A stretch of DNA of 64,000 nucleotides, from NCBI GenBank assembly GCA_047947115.1, contig CP170459.1, positions 4,192,001-4,256,000 on the forward strand, written 5' to 3'. The translations under genes and the position numbers were made by a program. The notes beneath the pieces were generated by a model. It did not search any database. It was given only the letters and a program-made list of their open reading frames with translations, and had not been told where the DNA came from. This document shows positions 41,301 through 50,837 of this stretch, one piece after another. Position 1 is the stretch's first letter; each line of letters starts with the position of its first letter. The stretch comes from Verrucomicrobiota bacterium. Its GTDB lineage: Bacteria; Verrucomicrobiota; Verrucomicrobiia; Limisphaerales; AAA164-E04.

Positions 41301-42459
41301 CATCATCACCAGCACCTGGGACACCACTGTCATCGACATCTCCCCAACCTTCAGGTCCCTTACGGCTCCATGCTGTGTCAGATTCAAGAGATTCATCTTC
41401 GTTAGGTCCAAGGACAACAGATTCGAAATCTTCGTAGTAAATGGCAGCATCAAAAGCATGCTCGGCTGTCTGCTCGCCAGCTTTGTCGTCTGAATAAGTG
41501 ATGGTCAGGGTGTGCTTGGATCCGGGAGCAAAAGGCTGATCGCGGTCTACCAACACAATAAAATCATCACCTGATTTGCTGATGGAAGGACTCTGCACTT
41601 CACCGTCCAAGGTAAGCACAATGCTATCCTGATCGATGGAGGTGCTTCCCTGATTCAAAGTAATACCCACATCTGTGGATCGTGAAGCCACATTGCCAGA
41701 AGGCAACCAGTTGACGATGTATGATGGAACATCAGGAAGCGTTTCAGGAATACCTGCTGCTGTTGGAGTGCCCAAGGCAAAGGCTTGTCCGGCACTGATG
41801 GCGCCTTCTCTCAATTGGATGCTGTTGACATAACCTTCCTTGGTAGGTCCAAACAAAAGGACGTCGAGTTGCGAGTCAATTGTCTGAGGGCCAAAATCCA
41901 CTAGGTCTCCAGGGATCGACCAGGTGGCAGTCGGTTTGCCGTCCAAATATCCGGAAACGAGCTGTGAGCTGTGATCAATGGTGAAGATAATTCGGTGCCA
42001 GGTATCAGGCTGGACTTCACCACCTCCATTAACACCTACGACTGTGTTATTTCCTCCCACTAGTAATTCTGGTCCCGCATAATCAGGATTCAAGTCAGCC
42101 AATCCACGTTCGGATGAATTTGAGGCAAGAGGATAATACACATCAAACATGATCGTGTAGGTGTTCGGATCAGCCATGTTGTTGAAAACAGGAAGGGTGA
42201 AACCCGTATCCGCTTCCGTGATTTCGGGAAATTTCAGGACTTGAGCCTCCTCGCCGTTGATATCACCAATACCGAAGGATGTGGTGGTGCCGAAAGTGCC
42301 TTTGGCAAAGAATTCGGTGATCGGGTCACCGCCATTGGCACTGTTGTAGTTTCCGTCAAACTGCCAGAGGCCCACTTGCTGGGCCTGGGCTGACAGCCCG
42401 ATTCCGATGGTCGCCGCGAGCAGCGCCATAGAACTTAGTATTTGTTTTATGGTTATCAT
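38362..42459 (-). CDS. Large acidic secreted protein: LamG-like N-terminus, Ig domains, four ~200-aa 'WWWAIDN' repeats, C-terminal YFR domain
   Basis: Signal peptide, WHRI...YLDG, four copies of EWxGWxFA / GDQRRxEF / DEWDD / SSWRPE / DAGNxWWWAIDN. Ends AYFRSR. Confidence 0.75.
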   Translation of the reverse strand: MITIKQILSSMALLAATIGIGLSAQAQQVGLWQFDGNYNSANGGDPITEFFAKGTFGTTTSFGIGDINGEEAQVLKFPEITEADTGFTLPVFNNMADPNTYTIMFDVYYPLASNSSERGLADLNPDYAGPELLVGGNNTVVGVNGGGEVQPDTWHRIIFTIDHSSQLVSGYLDGKPTATWSIPGDLVDFGPQTIDSQLDVLLFGPTKEGYVNSIQLREGAISAGQAFALGTPTAAGIPETLPDVPSYIVNWLPSGNVASRSTDVGITLNQGSTSIDQDSIVLTLDGEVQSPSISKSGDDFIVLVDRDQPFAPGSKHTLTITYSDDKAGEQTAEHAFDAAIYYEDFESVVLGPNEDESLESDTAWSRKGPEGWGDVDDSGVPGAGDDETDGVTEWAGWSFADKDWWIEAAGDQRRSEFVLATGTVMVADPDEWDDQPHADSAENGWYETYVTTPEISLAGVAPRSAYIQFASSWRPEFDSNYRQSGNIVATYSNGDSVEILRWVSDPASPNYHDHAPNETIIIQLDNPAGVDSVSLKFGMFDAGNDWWWAIDNLVLNAGAAPPTLVSSPAPTEVTEGSEATFSVTVDGSGPFTYEWFFKGESIATSSSNENTDTLTISNAKAANVGNYSVVVSNAGGSTPESSSALLEVKEAIPGSLIFFEGFEGLPLGANVDEGVAGDEVWTDTLPSGWDRVNDLPGLDDDEVGVREWEGWTFANREWWANTAGDQRRTEFTKGTGTVAIADGDEWDDKGSPSGLGTMDTKIITPAISIAEVEQGTLVLRFNSSWRPEVIQTGLIEASFDGAEPVQIAEFRSESNDPNYKDHAPNDTVTIAIDAPAGASTMSLSFRYYDAGNNWWWAIDNIEVYGVLPQAPSFASQDFEGLTLGSSVNEEVAADNVWTKTAPEGWSIDDSGVPGVGNDATDGVTEWAGWSFADKDWWAQTAGDQRRSEFTKASGTIAIADGDEWDDQPHAEGFMDTFMSWTVDVSSASARSLALYFDSSWRPEYDSNYHQTANVTVSYDGGEPVQVMLWESNEDSPYYKPNATNDSVMVPLGNPEGAKSMVVTFGYFDAGNDWWWAIDNVRIEEGAYQHVLEPGVYGFENFERLTLGSSVNEEVAADDVWTKSTPYNMSIDDSGVAGVGNDDTDGVTEWAGWSFANKDWWVQTAGDQRRSEFVNGVGTVAIADGDEWDDQPHAEGYVNTFLSWDVNITGATAGALQLQFDSSWRPEYDSNYHQTANIMASYDGADPVQVMLWESNSDSPNFKDHTPNENVILSLDNPAGAKNVTLTFGYFDAGNDWWWAIDNLIVHEAIPSSISIAADGGQVTITYEGSVLETAGSISGPWTPVDSATSPYTVPADQGQAYFRSR

Positions 42460-42522
42460 GTTCTATATAGCAATATGAATATATTGGGTATGAGGGATGT
42501 AAGAAAAAGCTGTGCTTAGCCC

Positions 42523-42912
42523 CTACTTCGTCAGGGCTCGTTGTCGCATGAGTTGTTCGGCCTTGCGATCGCCTTTTTCCTGGGCGGCACGTGCCACTTC
42601 ATCATTGACTGTCATGAGACATCGGCTGGCGGTTTGGCGCTGAGGATCTGTGAGATCTCGACGTGAGCACAAAGCTTGAATGATGGATGAAGATTTGACG
42701 TAATCTTGTTTTGAATATGCAATAAGAGCATCCTGAACAATCTGTTTTACCTCTTCAGAAGCATCTGCAAACGCCTCATTCATGGCAGGATTCACCTCGT
42801 CGGGACCAAATGATTCAGGCCCCGTGTATTTTTCCTCACCACAACCGGAAATCAGCCAGATGCATAGGGTCAGCGCGAACACCAACCAAGTGGATTTGTT
42901 GTCTTTCATCAT
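42523..42912 (-). CDS. Small helical lipoprotein, hypothetical
   Basis: Lipobox LISGC after a hydrophobic stretch; co-oriented between the pilin-like gene and the large protein. Confidence 0.75.
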   Translation of the reverse strand: MMKDNKSTWLVFALTLCIWLISGCGEEKYTGPESFGPDEVNPAMNEAFADASEEVKQIVQDALIAYSKQDYVKSSSIIQALCSRRDLTDPQRQTASRCLMTVNDEVARAAQEKGDRKAEQLMRQRALTK

Positions 42913-42931
42913 AGTCGAATCAGGTTGTCAG

Positions 42932-43744
42932 TTAAGGACGCTGTTGGGGATCTTCTCCTGTATACCAGCGGTAATCGACACCTTTATCGAAACCAGCGAA
43001 ATTGACCGTGCTTACATGTCCGCCAATCCAAAGAATGTTGTTGCGCTGGTTGTGACGATACCACTCAAGCCACATTTCCCTTTCTGGATAAAGTCCCTGA
43101 AGATCGAAACGCCATTGGGTCAAAATCTCACTCTGTCCAGGAAACAGTCCGATTGAGTCGGGAACACCTTCCATCTTTTGCTCTGCGGCGTCTTGACAGA
43201 AAATCGTGGTCGTTGGATTGGTGAAGGCTGAGATCTTCGGTTTTCTTCCACCAGCGGTCATTTGACCATTGATTCCGAATGCTGAATCCAACCAAAACGA
43301 AGCAGGAAACCTCAATCCCGTTTCGCGCCATTCATCGACATGTTTGGCACTCGGGCAGTTAAAAATGGAACGTGCATTTCCAACATAGTCCGAGTAGCCA
43401 ATCCCCCAATAAGCATTCCCATGATCCTTTTCAAGCTGAGCGGTCGAACGGGGATTGATGGTCCACATACCATGATTGGGAAAGTTCCCGTTGATGTTCC
43501 AGAACTCGTCATTGTTGTCGTCCGCATACATGACGATCGCCAAGCCGATTTGCCTCAGATTGTTGATGCACTTGGTTCCCTTGGCTTTTTCTTTCGCCTG
43601 GCTTAGAGCCGGCAAAAGCATGCCCGCCAAGATGGCGATGATGGCAATAACCACCAATAGTTCGATGAGGGTAAAGCCGGATCTTCTCAGTAAAGAGCCG
43701 GATGGGTTTCGTTGAATGGAATTCAAACCAGATTTCAGATTCAT
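42932..43744 (-). CDS. Prepilin-type N-terminal cleavage/methylation protein (DUF1559/H-X9-DG type)
   Basis: [55 protein letters not shown]. Confidence 0.92.
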   Translation of the reverse strand: MNLKSGLNSIQRNPSGSLLRRSGFTLIELLVVIAIIAILAGMLLPALSQAKEKAKGTKCINNLRQIGLAIVMYADDNNDEFWNINGNFPNHGMWTINPRSTAQLEKDHGNAYWGIGYSDYVGNARSIFNCPSAKHVDEWRETGLRFPASFWLDSAFGINGQMTAGGRKPKISAFTNPTTTIFCQDAAEQKMEGVPDSIGLFPGQSEILTQWRFDLQGLYPEREMWLEWYRHNQRNNILWIGGHVSTVNFAGFDKGVDYRWYTGEDPQQRP

Positions 43745-43973
43745 ATTTATTCGGGTGTTGTGATAAGATTTGAGCACTTGGCAAATTGTCACAATAAAAA
43801 ACTTGAAAAACAATATCTAATTTCTCGGGACCCCATAAACACTTTTGCGTTAATAGGCGAAACGAATATTGGATTCAGGCCTTCAACTCACTCTCAGCAC
43901 GACCTAGAATCTGGTCCGATTAGAAGGCGGAATAAAAGAGAAATGGTTACAATTAGGTTACAAGAAGGGGATC

Positions 43974-44501
43974 TCAATTGGAACCGGTGCTCCTGCCAGT
44001 AAGTTTACTGTAAGACCTGACGTAACTGTAGTAAACAATTCCATTGGAACGATCAACAGTGATAAAACTTCGTTCGGATTCGTAAAATTCCGGACTTTCA
44101 ACCGACATGGGGCGCCACCATGGATAGTCTCCAACACCTTGATGCCATGCAACATAGTCTGAAGGTTCTTCGGTGAGAGAATCGAGCCCCAATGTGGACT
44201 CAACAAACGTATTGATGGTCGACTCGTCTACCTTGAATCGAACGTATTCGCCATATACGTCTGCATCCTCGTAATTGCCTGGCTCCAGACGAAAACATAC
44301 TTCAGAGGCACTCTCCGGATAACTGGTTTCGTAGCTGTATTTTTTGAACAACTTGCGCTTTGATTCTGGTGAAAGTGTCGAGTCAAGCCCCACCTCCACC
44401 AGATCCGTGCGTAAAAACCATGACAACAAACCGCCTATCAACATCAATCCCAGGACGAACGCGACTGTCGTCGTATTTTTTTTGGCAATCATCGGCGGCA
44501 T
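43974..44501 (-). CDS. Hypothetical membrane-anchored protein
   Basis: 175-aa ORF with a single N-terminal TM segment; fills the gap between genes. Confidence 0.6.
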   Translation of the reverse strand: MPPMIAKKNTTTVAFVLGLMLIGGLLSWFLRTDLVEVGLDSTLSPESKRKLFKKYSYETSYPESASEVCFRLEPGNYEDADVYGEYVRFKVDESTINTFVESTLGLDSLTEEPSDYVAWHQGVGDYPWWRPMSVESPEFYESERSFITVDRSNGIVYYSYVRSYSKLTGRSTGSN

Positions 44502-44625
44502 TCAAGCTTTCCCCTCTTGTTTTGGCAAGCCGCGATTATCCTAAAACAATCCCCAACAAACCACAAAACGGAACCTTGATATATGATGACATTGCGCTAA
44601 ATTCTCACGCATTGGATCAATCATT

Positions 44626-45093
44626 ATGAAAAAAACAGCTCAGTTTATTGGAACTTTAATTGTTGGAATCACTTGCAGCCTCTGGCTGACCGGATGTGGC
44701 GAAGGGGATCATGCAGGCCATGATCACGATCATGATCATGATCACGACCACGGCACCGAAACCACCCAGACAACCGCCCATGCCGGTGACCAGCTCGCTG
44801 GCGCTCTGTCAGGCGCCATCAGTGCCACTGCCGATGCGGCAAAGGATGCTGTCGATCAGGCGGCCAAGGAGGTGGAGAGCTTGACCGACGAAGCGATCAT
44901 CAAGGCCCAATCCGCCACTTATCCGCTTAAAAAATGTGTGGTCAGCGGAGAGGACCTGGGCAGTATGGGAGGCGCCGTCAATTTCGTGCATGGAGGCACC
45001 CTGATCAAATTGTGCTGCGAACATTGCGTGCCCGATGTTGAAAAAGATCCAGCGAAATTTGTCGCCATGGTCAAGGAAGCCATCGCCAAGTAA
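44626..45093 (+). CDS. His-rich lipoprotein with YHS/TRASH-like Cys motif (metal binding)
   Basis: Lipobox LTGC, (HD)n tract, CVVSGEDLGSMG...LCCEHC. Confidence 0.78.
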   Translation: MKKTAQFIGTLIVGITCSLWLTGCGEGDHAGHDHDHDHDHDHGTETTQTTAHAGDQLAGALSGAISATADAAKDAVDQAAKEVESLTDEAIIKAQSATYPLKKCVVSGEDLGSMGGAVNFVHGGTLIKLCCEHCVPDVEKDPAKFVAMVKEAIAK

Positions 45094-45120
45094 GTTCAAC
45101 TTACATCATTTCAAACAGGA

Positions 45121-45148
45121 AGGAGCCCTCTGCAGGGCTCCTTTTTTT
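45121..45148 (+). terminator. Intrinsic terminator
   Basis: AGGAGCCCT-ctgc-AGGGCTCCT followed by a T tract. Confidence 0.85.
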
Positions 45149-45212
45149 ATCCGCCCCACCACAGTCGCGGGATCTTCGAGATGACGCGACTGCGGTGGTG
45201 CGGTTCAAAACA

Positions 45213-46862
45213 TCAAGCCCGATCCCGAAATCGCTGGGCAATGGGGATGCGTCGGCCCACTCCAAACGCGCGGGTGGTGACTTTCAATCCCGGAGCGGCC
45301 TGCCGGCGTTTGTATTCATTGATATCAATCAAACGAATCATCCGCTCAACCACTTCCCGATCAAAGCCCATATCCACAATTTCTTTCGCAGAACGGAGTT
45401 CAACAACATAGGCTTCAAGAATCGCATCGAGGATATCGTAGTCCGGCAAACTGTCCTGATCTTTTTGATCCGGCCTAAGCTCCGCTGAGGGTGGTTTGAT
45501 GAGGGTGCTTTCTGGAATGATTTCACGTTCCCGATTCACCCATCTGGACACACGATAGACCATGGTTTTAGGCAAATCACTCAACACCGCAAGTCCCCCG
45601 CACATATCGCCGTAGAGCGTGCAATACCCAACCGCAAGTTCGCTTTTATTCCCGGTTGTCAGCAACAGGGAACCGAACTTGTTCGACATCCCCATCATCA
45701 GCACGCCGCGCATGCGAGCCTGAATATTTTCTTCGGTTACATCCTCTCCCCGCCCTTCGAATACAGGAGCCAATTGGGTTTTCAGTGACTCGAAGGGTGG
45801 TTGAATGGAAATTTGATCATACCGAATGCCGAGATGGTCAGCCAAGGCCCGGGCGTCATCTTTGCTGCCCTGCGATGAATAGACAGAAGGCATGCCGACA
45901 CCCCGAACATGTTCCGCACCCAAAGCATCCACGGCCACCGCGGCGGTCAACGCAGAATCAATGCCACCGGAAAGACCGATCAAGGCCGATTTGAATCCAC
46001 ACTTATGCAGGTAGTCCCTCACCCCCAAGCTCAATGCCTTGAATATTTTCGCTTCATCACAATCCGGCTGAGGCGTCACAACCGGTCGAGCGGCCTCGGG
46101 TGAAAGGTCCAGACAGATGTGATGGGATTCGAACAAAGCGCCGACCGCGTGCACCGTTCCATCGGCATCCACCAACAGAGAAGCGCCATCGAAAACCAAT
46201 TCATCATTCCCGCCAACCATGTTGCAGTAAACGATGGGAACATTCAGACGCATGGCCTGACGCGCGAGCAAGGCCTGGCGTGTGCGGTTTTTGCCAAGGA
46301 ACCACGGTGATGCGGAAACATTGATGATCATTCCGCAACCCTTGCCAGCCAGATCTTCCAGCGGATTGCGTCGATAACGACGTGGCACTCCGTATGCCTC
46401 ATCGTTCCAGGCATCCTCGCAAATGGTCAGCCCGATCTTCTGTCCCAGGAACTCGACCGGCTCGTTGATGGCGGCGGGTTCGAAGTATCGATCTTCATCA
46501 AACACATCGTAGGTCGGCAGCAAGGTCTTGTGCCGTATCGCATTGATATTCCCCTGATAAAGCAGTGCGACAGAATTAAAAAGATCCCGTCCCTCCGCGC
46601 TGCTGTTGCGTTCCACGAATCCTACCAACAACCCCACATTCCCTGTTTCCCGGGAAAGTGACTCCAAAGCAGCCAGGTTTTCATCAATGAATCGAGGCTT
46701 CAAAAGCAGGTCTCTGGGAGGATACCCTGTCAACATCAACTCCGGACAAACCACCAGATCAACACCCAGTTCGACACCCTTTTGATAGGCTTCACGTATC
46801 AATCGAGCATTGTGATCAATATCACCAACGGTGGCGTTGAGTTGAGCCAGAAGGATCTTCAT
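45213..46862 (-). CDS. nadE: Glutamine-dependent NAD+ synthetase
   Basis: Nitrilase-like domain (CPEL, HKTLLP, ICED), plus GLSGGIDS, ENIQARMR, TGNKSE and PPSAELRPDQKD. Confidence 0.95.
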   Translation of the reverse strand: MKILLAQLNATVGDIDHNARLIREAYQKGVELGVDLVVCPELMLTGYPPRDLLLKPRFIDENLAALESLSRETGNVGLLVGFVERNSSAEGRDLFNSVALLYQGNINAIRHKTLLPTYDVFDEDRYFEPAAINEPVEFLGQKIGLTICEDAWNDEAYGVPRRYRRNPLEDLAGKGCGMIINVSASPWFLGKNRTRQALLARQAMRLNVPIVYCNMVGGNDELVFDGASLLVDADGTVHAVGALFESHHICLDLSPEAARPVVTPQPDCDEAKIFKALSLGVRDYLHKCGFKSALIGLSGGIDSALTAAVAVDALGAEHVRGVGMPSVYSSQGSKDDARALADHLGIRYDQISIQPPFESLKTQLAPVFEGRGEDVTEENIQARMRGVLMMGMSNKFGSLLLTTGNKSELAVGYCTLYGDMCGGLAVLSDLPKTMVYRVSRWVNREREIIPESTLIKPPSAELRPDQKDQDSLPDYDILDAILEAYVVELRSAKEIVDMGFDREVVERMIRLIDINEYKRRQAAPGLKVTTRAFGVGRRIPIAQRFRDRA

Positions 46863-46880
46863 TTTAAGAATATCAGAAAA

Positions 46881-47438
46881 TTAACGGTTGAAGAAATGCT
46901 GCAGGAGCGTTCCCCGTTCTGAAACAATGCGGGTTCCCGCCTTGATGTTGTTTTTCTCAAACCAACCCTGGTTCATTTCGAGGACGAACTGGATCTGATC
47001 GGATTCAGATGGAATGGGTTCCAGACTGAGTGGTTCCATGTCATAGATCTCAAGAATCTTCCCTTCCCGATCAATATAAGCACAGGAAAGCGGCACCTTG
47101 GTGTTCTTCATGTAGAAAGACGTCTGATGGGGATAATTGAAAACGAACAACATCCCATCATCCTCGCCCATGCTTTCACGAAACATCATGCCGGTGGCAA
47201 TCTGGGTGAGGCTCTGTGCAATTTCGGCAACCACGGTCTTGTCAGCCAGGTAAAGTTTGGTGGTGCGCAGCTTGGGCTGTGCGTGATCCAGGTGCAGTAC
47301 TTGCCCAGCATCGTCACTGCCCCTCCGCTCGTCAGGAGTCGCCGTCGCTATCTCAGGAGCACGCCCGCACCCGGTGACGGCAACAATCACCCACAACCAT
47401 CCCATATGCATCCAAATCTTCCAATTCATCCGCCCCAT
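46881..47438 (-). CDS. DUF192 family lipoprotein
   Basis: GMMFR, GMLFVF, FYMKNTKVPL, VLEMNQG; lipobox VTGC. Confidence 0.88.
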   Translation of the reverse strand: MGRMNWKIWMHMGWLWVIVAVTGCGRAPEIATATPDERRGSDDAGQVLHLDHAQPKLRTTKLYLADKTVVAEIAQSLTQIATGMMFRESMGEDDGMLFVFNYPHQTSFYMKNTKVPLSCAYIDREGKILEIYDMEPLSLEPIPSESDQIQFVLEMNQGWFEKNNIKAGTRIVSERGTLLQHFFNR

Positions 47439-47584
47439 TCACTATGGAATGAGCTGTTTTGTCAATTGTCCGTAACGGATCTTGTCTCGGCTTCCTGTTC
47501 AGAACCCGATTCCCTCATTTCCTCTTCGTATCGAATTCCATTGACAGAAGGACAGTCGGAAACGCAAAAAAGGCTTTTGCGAAC

Positions 47585-48850
47585 ATGTACGAAATCACAC
47601 AGTTGAATAACGGCGCTCGCATTGTTACCGCGCATCTGCCCCACATGGCGAGCGTGTGCATGGGCGTATGGGCGGGCATCGGGAGTCGCCATGAATCGTT
47701 GCCCCAAAACGGAGTGTCCCACTTTATCGAACATGTGTTGTTCAAAGGAACCAAATCCCGGAATGCGAAGGAAATTTCCGAAGCCGTGGAAGGCGTCGGC
47801 GGATACCTCAACGCTTTCACTGCCGAAGAAAACACCTGTTACTATGCCAAAGCCAGTGCGGAACGATTCGGCGTTCTGGCCGAGGTACTGATGGATATGT
47901 ACCTGAACCCGGCATTTGATCCTGTTGAGTTTGAAAAGGAACGCGAAGTCATCAAGGAAGAACTGGCCATGTATATGGACCAACCCAGTCAACTGGTGCT
48001 GGAGGTCCTTAATGAAGTACTCTGGCCGGATCATCCACTTGGACGCTGCATCACCGGCACCGAGGAATCGTTGGATGCTTTAAAAGTGTCCACGCTGAAG
48101 CGCTTTTGGAAGAAGCACTATACAGCACCCAACACCATCATCGTCGTCGTCGGCCCGATTCCGCATGAAAAAGTCGTCGCAAAACTAAGGAAACATACCA
48201 GATACCTCCCTTCGGGTACGCCCCTGCTCGACAAGCCAATGCGCATGACTCAAATGCATCCCCGGATGAAGATCCGTTCACAACGATCGGAACAGGTGCA
48301 ATTGGCCTTTGGCATCAAGACCTGCTCCCGCCATGGAGAAAACCGTTACGCACTCAGAATGTTGAACACCATGCTGGGAGAAAACATGAGTTCGAGGCTT
48401 TTTCAGAGACTTCGGGAAGATCACGGCCTGGCTTATTCTGTTTACAGCAACCTGGGGTATTTTCATGACGCCGGATTCCTGACCATTGCCGCTGGCATTG
48501 ATGGTTCCCACATCGAACAGGCTTTCACATTGATTCATGAAACTCTGCAAGAATTCAAAGAGACCAAGCCCGGCGGAAAGGAACTCCGACAAGCCAGGGA
48601 TTACCTGATCGGTCAATTGGATTTGCACCTGGAGAACACGGAAAACCACATGATCTGGCTGGGGGAGCAAATCCTTGGTTATGGTCATTATATAACGGTC
48701 GAAACGATTCGAGATCGATTGACGCAAACGACTCCGGAACACATACGAGCCACCGCTCGCGAATACTTCCAGCCGCAGCACCTCAATCTGGCCGTGGTTG
48801 GAAAAGTGGCCAAGCATCGTTTTTCATGCCTGGGCAACTGGCTCGCATAA
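47585..48850 (+). CDS. M16 family zinc peptidase
   Basis: HFIEH inverted zincin motif, NAFT, SSRLFQRLRE, GLAYSV. Confidence 0.93.
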   Translation: MYEITQLNNGARIVTAHLPHMASVCMGVWAGIGSRHESLPQNGVSHFIEHVLFKGTKSRNAKEISEAVEGVGGYLNAFTAEENTCYYAKASAERFGVLAEVLMDMYLNPAFDPVEFEKEREVIKEELAMYMDQPSQLVLEVLNEVLWPDHPLGRCITGTEESLDALKVSTLKRFWKKHYTAPNTIIVVVGPIPHEKVVAKLRKHTRYLPSGTPLLDKPMRMTQMHPRMKIRSQRSEQVQLAFGIKTCSRHGENRYALRMLNTMLGENMSSRLFQRLREDHGLAYSVYSNLGYFHDAGFLTIAAGIDGSHIEQAFTLIHETLQEFKETKPGGKELRQARDYLIGQLDLHLENTENHMIWLGEQILGYGHYITVETIRDRLTQTTPEHIRATAREYFQPQHLNLAVVGKVAKHRFSCLGNWLA

Positions 48851-48873
48851 CCCTCAAACCACCTTGAAAACCC

Positions 48874-49212
48874 ATGGCTAAAACTCTATTGGCATCTGCT
48901 GACACACTGCAAACTGGACAAACCCTCAAGTTCAAATACACCCAAAACGGTGTTCCAAGGGAAGGATTCCTCGCCCGTCTGAAAGACAAGTGGGTTGCTT
49001 ATGAAAACCGCTGCCGCCACATCGCCATCAGTCTGGATTTCGACAACAACCAATTCTTCACTCAGGACGGCAAATACCTTTTCTGCCAAACCCACGGCGC
49101 CGTCTACGAACCTGACACGGGCTTGTGCGTTCAGGGCCCCTGCACGGGCGCCAGCCTGTTTGCCCTGCCTATCGAGGTGGATAAGTCGGGAGTTTGGCTG
49201 GACATGGAGTGA
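48874..49212 (+). CDS. Rieske [2Fe-2S] domain protein
   Basis: CRH and CQTHGA motifs; GLCVQGPC. Confidence 0.9.
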   Translation: MAKTLLASADTLQTGQTLKFKYTQNGVPREGFLARLKDKWVAYENRCRHIAISLDFDNNQFFTQDGKYLFCQTHGAVYEPDTGLCVQGPCTGASLFALPIEVDKSGVWLDME

Positions 49213-49216
49213 TTTT

Positions 49217-49319
49217 TTTGAACCGCAGATTTCACAGATTAACGCAGATAAGGCAAGAAACATGTGAGAGCAGTTTTCAGGATTGAAGTATCTAGTTAGA
49301 AATAAATCTGCGGTTCAAA
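49217..49319. repeat. Intergenic palindromic element with perfect 16-bp arms
   Basis: TTTGAACCGCAGATTT (49217-49232) and AAATCTGCGGTTCAAA (49304-49319) between convergent genes; 9-10-nt CAGAT periodicity. Confidence 0.8.
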
Positions 49320-49339
49320 TAAACCAACATCAGCAAAAC

Positions 49340-49576
49340 TCATCTCCCCTGCATCGGATCCAGATCGGGGTCATCCAGGTATCCGCCGGGAGGTAGATCT
49401 CCGTAGCCTCTGAACAAGTCAGGACGCAGGTCGTCGGAGATCACCATTTCCTCTTCAAACCATTTACCCAGATCCACCCACTTGCAACGTTTGCTGCAAA
49501 AGGGCCCAAAATCTCCTCGAAACCATGTCCCCTTTTTCCGGCAAGTCGGACACACCACTTTCAAATCCTTTTTCAT
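49340..49576 (-). CDS. yacG: DNA gyrase inhibitor YacG
   Basis: CPTC...PFCSKRCKWVDLGKW. Confidence 0.88.
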   Translation of the reverse strand: MKKDLKVVCPTCRKKGTWFRGDFGPFCSKRCKWVDLGKWFEEEMVISDDLRPDLFRGYGDLPPGGYLDDPDLDPMQGR

Positions 49577-49646
49577 TTGGTTTCGTCACTTTTTCTCTGC
49601 GTTTCTGCGCCTCAAGTCCCGTCAGGGGCGAGCGTGAACAAAAGCA

Positions 49647-50837
49647 TCAACCTCGACGAATCTCTGACCCCTGGAAACGAATGGAGATACGGAAAACCTT
49701 TTTGGCTCGACAGGTGATGTGCCCCGTCGTGAGATCAAATTTCTCCGGCAGTTCGATACGATGCAAATCGACCACCGCGTGGTATCCACGCTCAGAAAAA
49801 ATATCGATCAACATCGCCAGCGCCAAATCATTGTGCAGTAAAGTGTCCTCGGAATTGACACTGGCCAACCCTGAGATTGCATGGCGCACGACGATGGGCA
49901 TGATCTTGTTCTGGATGAATTGAATGACCTGATGAAACAAATCCGGGTGTTCCACCGCGTATGCATCCAGACGCCTCACGAGGTCCTGCCGTGCATGCAG
50001 GATGATTTCACTGGCCAAAGGAAGAATTCGAAGGCAATCAAACGTTTCAGGGTCCAGCTCAAGCAGACTTTGGTAGCGGACCTCATTTAAGATATTCTGC
50101 TCGACCTCCTGGATCGATCCCTGGGCATTGATGAAATGATAGAAAAAGGTCTGTTTGAGAGACTGTAGGGCATCCCATGTCTGCTCCTTGAACACGCGAT
50201 ATCGTCGACGTGCCGCTTCCGGATCACGGTCGGTCGCCCTCAGCTCAATGATTTCCCCGACTCCGGTGGCATTCACCTCTTCGTTGTGTTCTTCAATCTG
50301 CTTGCCACGTTTGATTTGACGGTTGATGCTGGTTTTTTCATCCACGAACAACACCATGATGTGGATGGTAGCCTGCCGGAAATGAATCCGCAAAGGAGTT
50401 TCGTAGTAACGAGCCCGCAACTCCTTCATTTTATCCACCAACATTTTAAGACACTCAACCTGAACTTTTGTCCTGGGAAAACCATCCAGAATGGCGCCAT
50501 CACGATAATCCTTCTCAAGCAACTTCCTGAAGATGATGTCGATCACCTCCCGATCCCCTACCATACCGCCTGAATCCTTGATTTTCCTGGCTTCCGGGCT
50601 ATCAAGCAAGGCACTGACCACAATCGACTTACAGGTTAAACCTCTGGCCTTTTGAATGAAGCGGGTATGTGTTCCCTTGCCGGAACCGGGAGCTCCCCCT
50701 AACAAGATGATTTCTTTTGGAAATCGGAGGTTTTCAGGGCCAAAGTCCTGCTCCAGTTCCGCCCATACAGCGTTGAATATCAGATGGGCGTCCTTGATTT
50801 CCAAATCCTCGACTGGAGGTTTTGCTTTTTTGGACAT
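49647..50837 (-). CDS. Adenylate kinase-like nucleoside monophosphate kinase with C-terminal extension
   Basis: LGGAPGSGKGT, GGMVGD, LDGFPRTKVQ, RATD..RRR. About 140 extra C-terminal residues. Confidence 0.85.
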   Translation of the reverse strand: MSKKAKPPVEDLEIKDAHLIFNAVWAELEQDFGPENLRFPKEIILLGGAPGSGKGTHTRFIQKARGLTCKSIVVSALLDSPEARKIKDSGGMVGDREVIDIIFRKLLEKDYRDGAILDGFPRTKVQVECLKMLVDKMKELRARYYETPLRIHFRQATIHIMVLFVDEKTSINRQIKRGKQIEEHNEEVNATGVGEIIELRATDRDPEAARRRYRVFKEQTWDALQSLKQTFFYHFINAQGSIQEVEQNILNEVRYQSLLELDPETFDCLRILPLASEIILHARQDLVRRLDAYAVEHPDLFHQVIQFIQNKIMPIVVRHAISGLASVNSEDTLLHNDLALAMLIDIFSERGYHAVVDLHRIELPEKFDLTTGHITCRAKKVFRISIRFQGSEIRRG

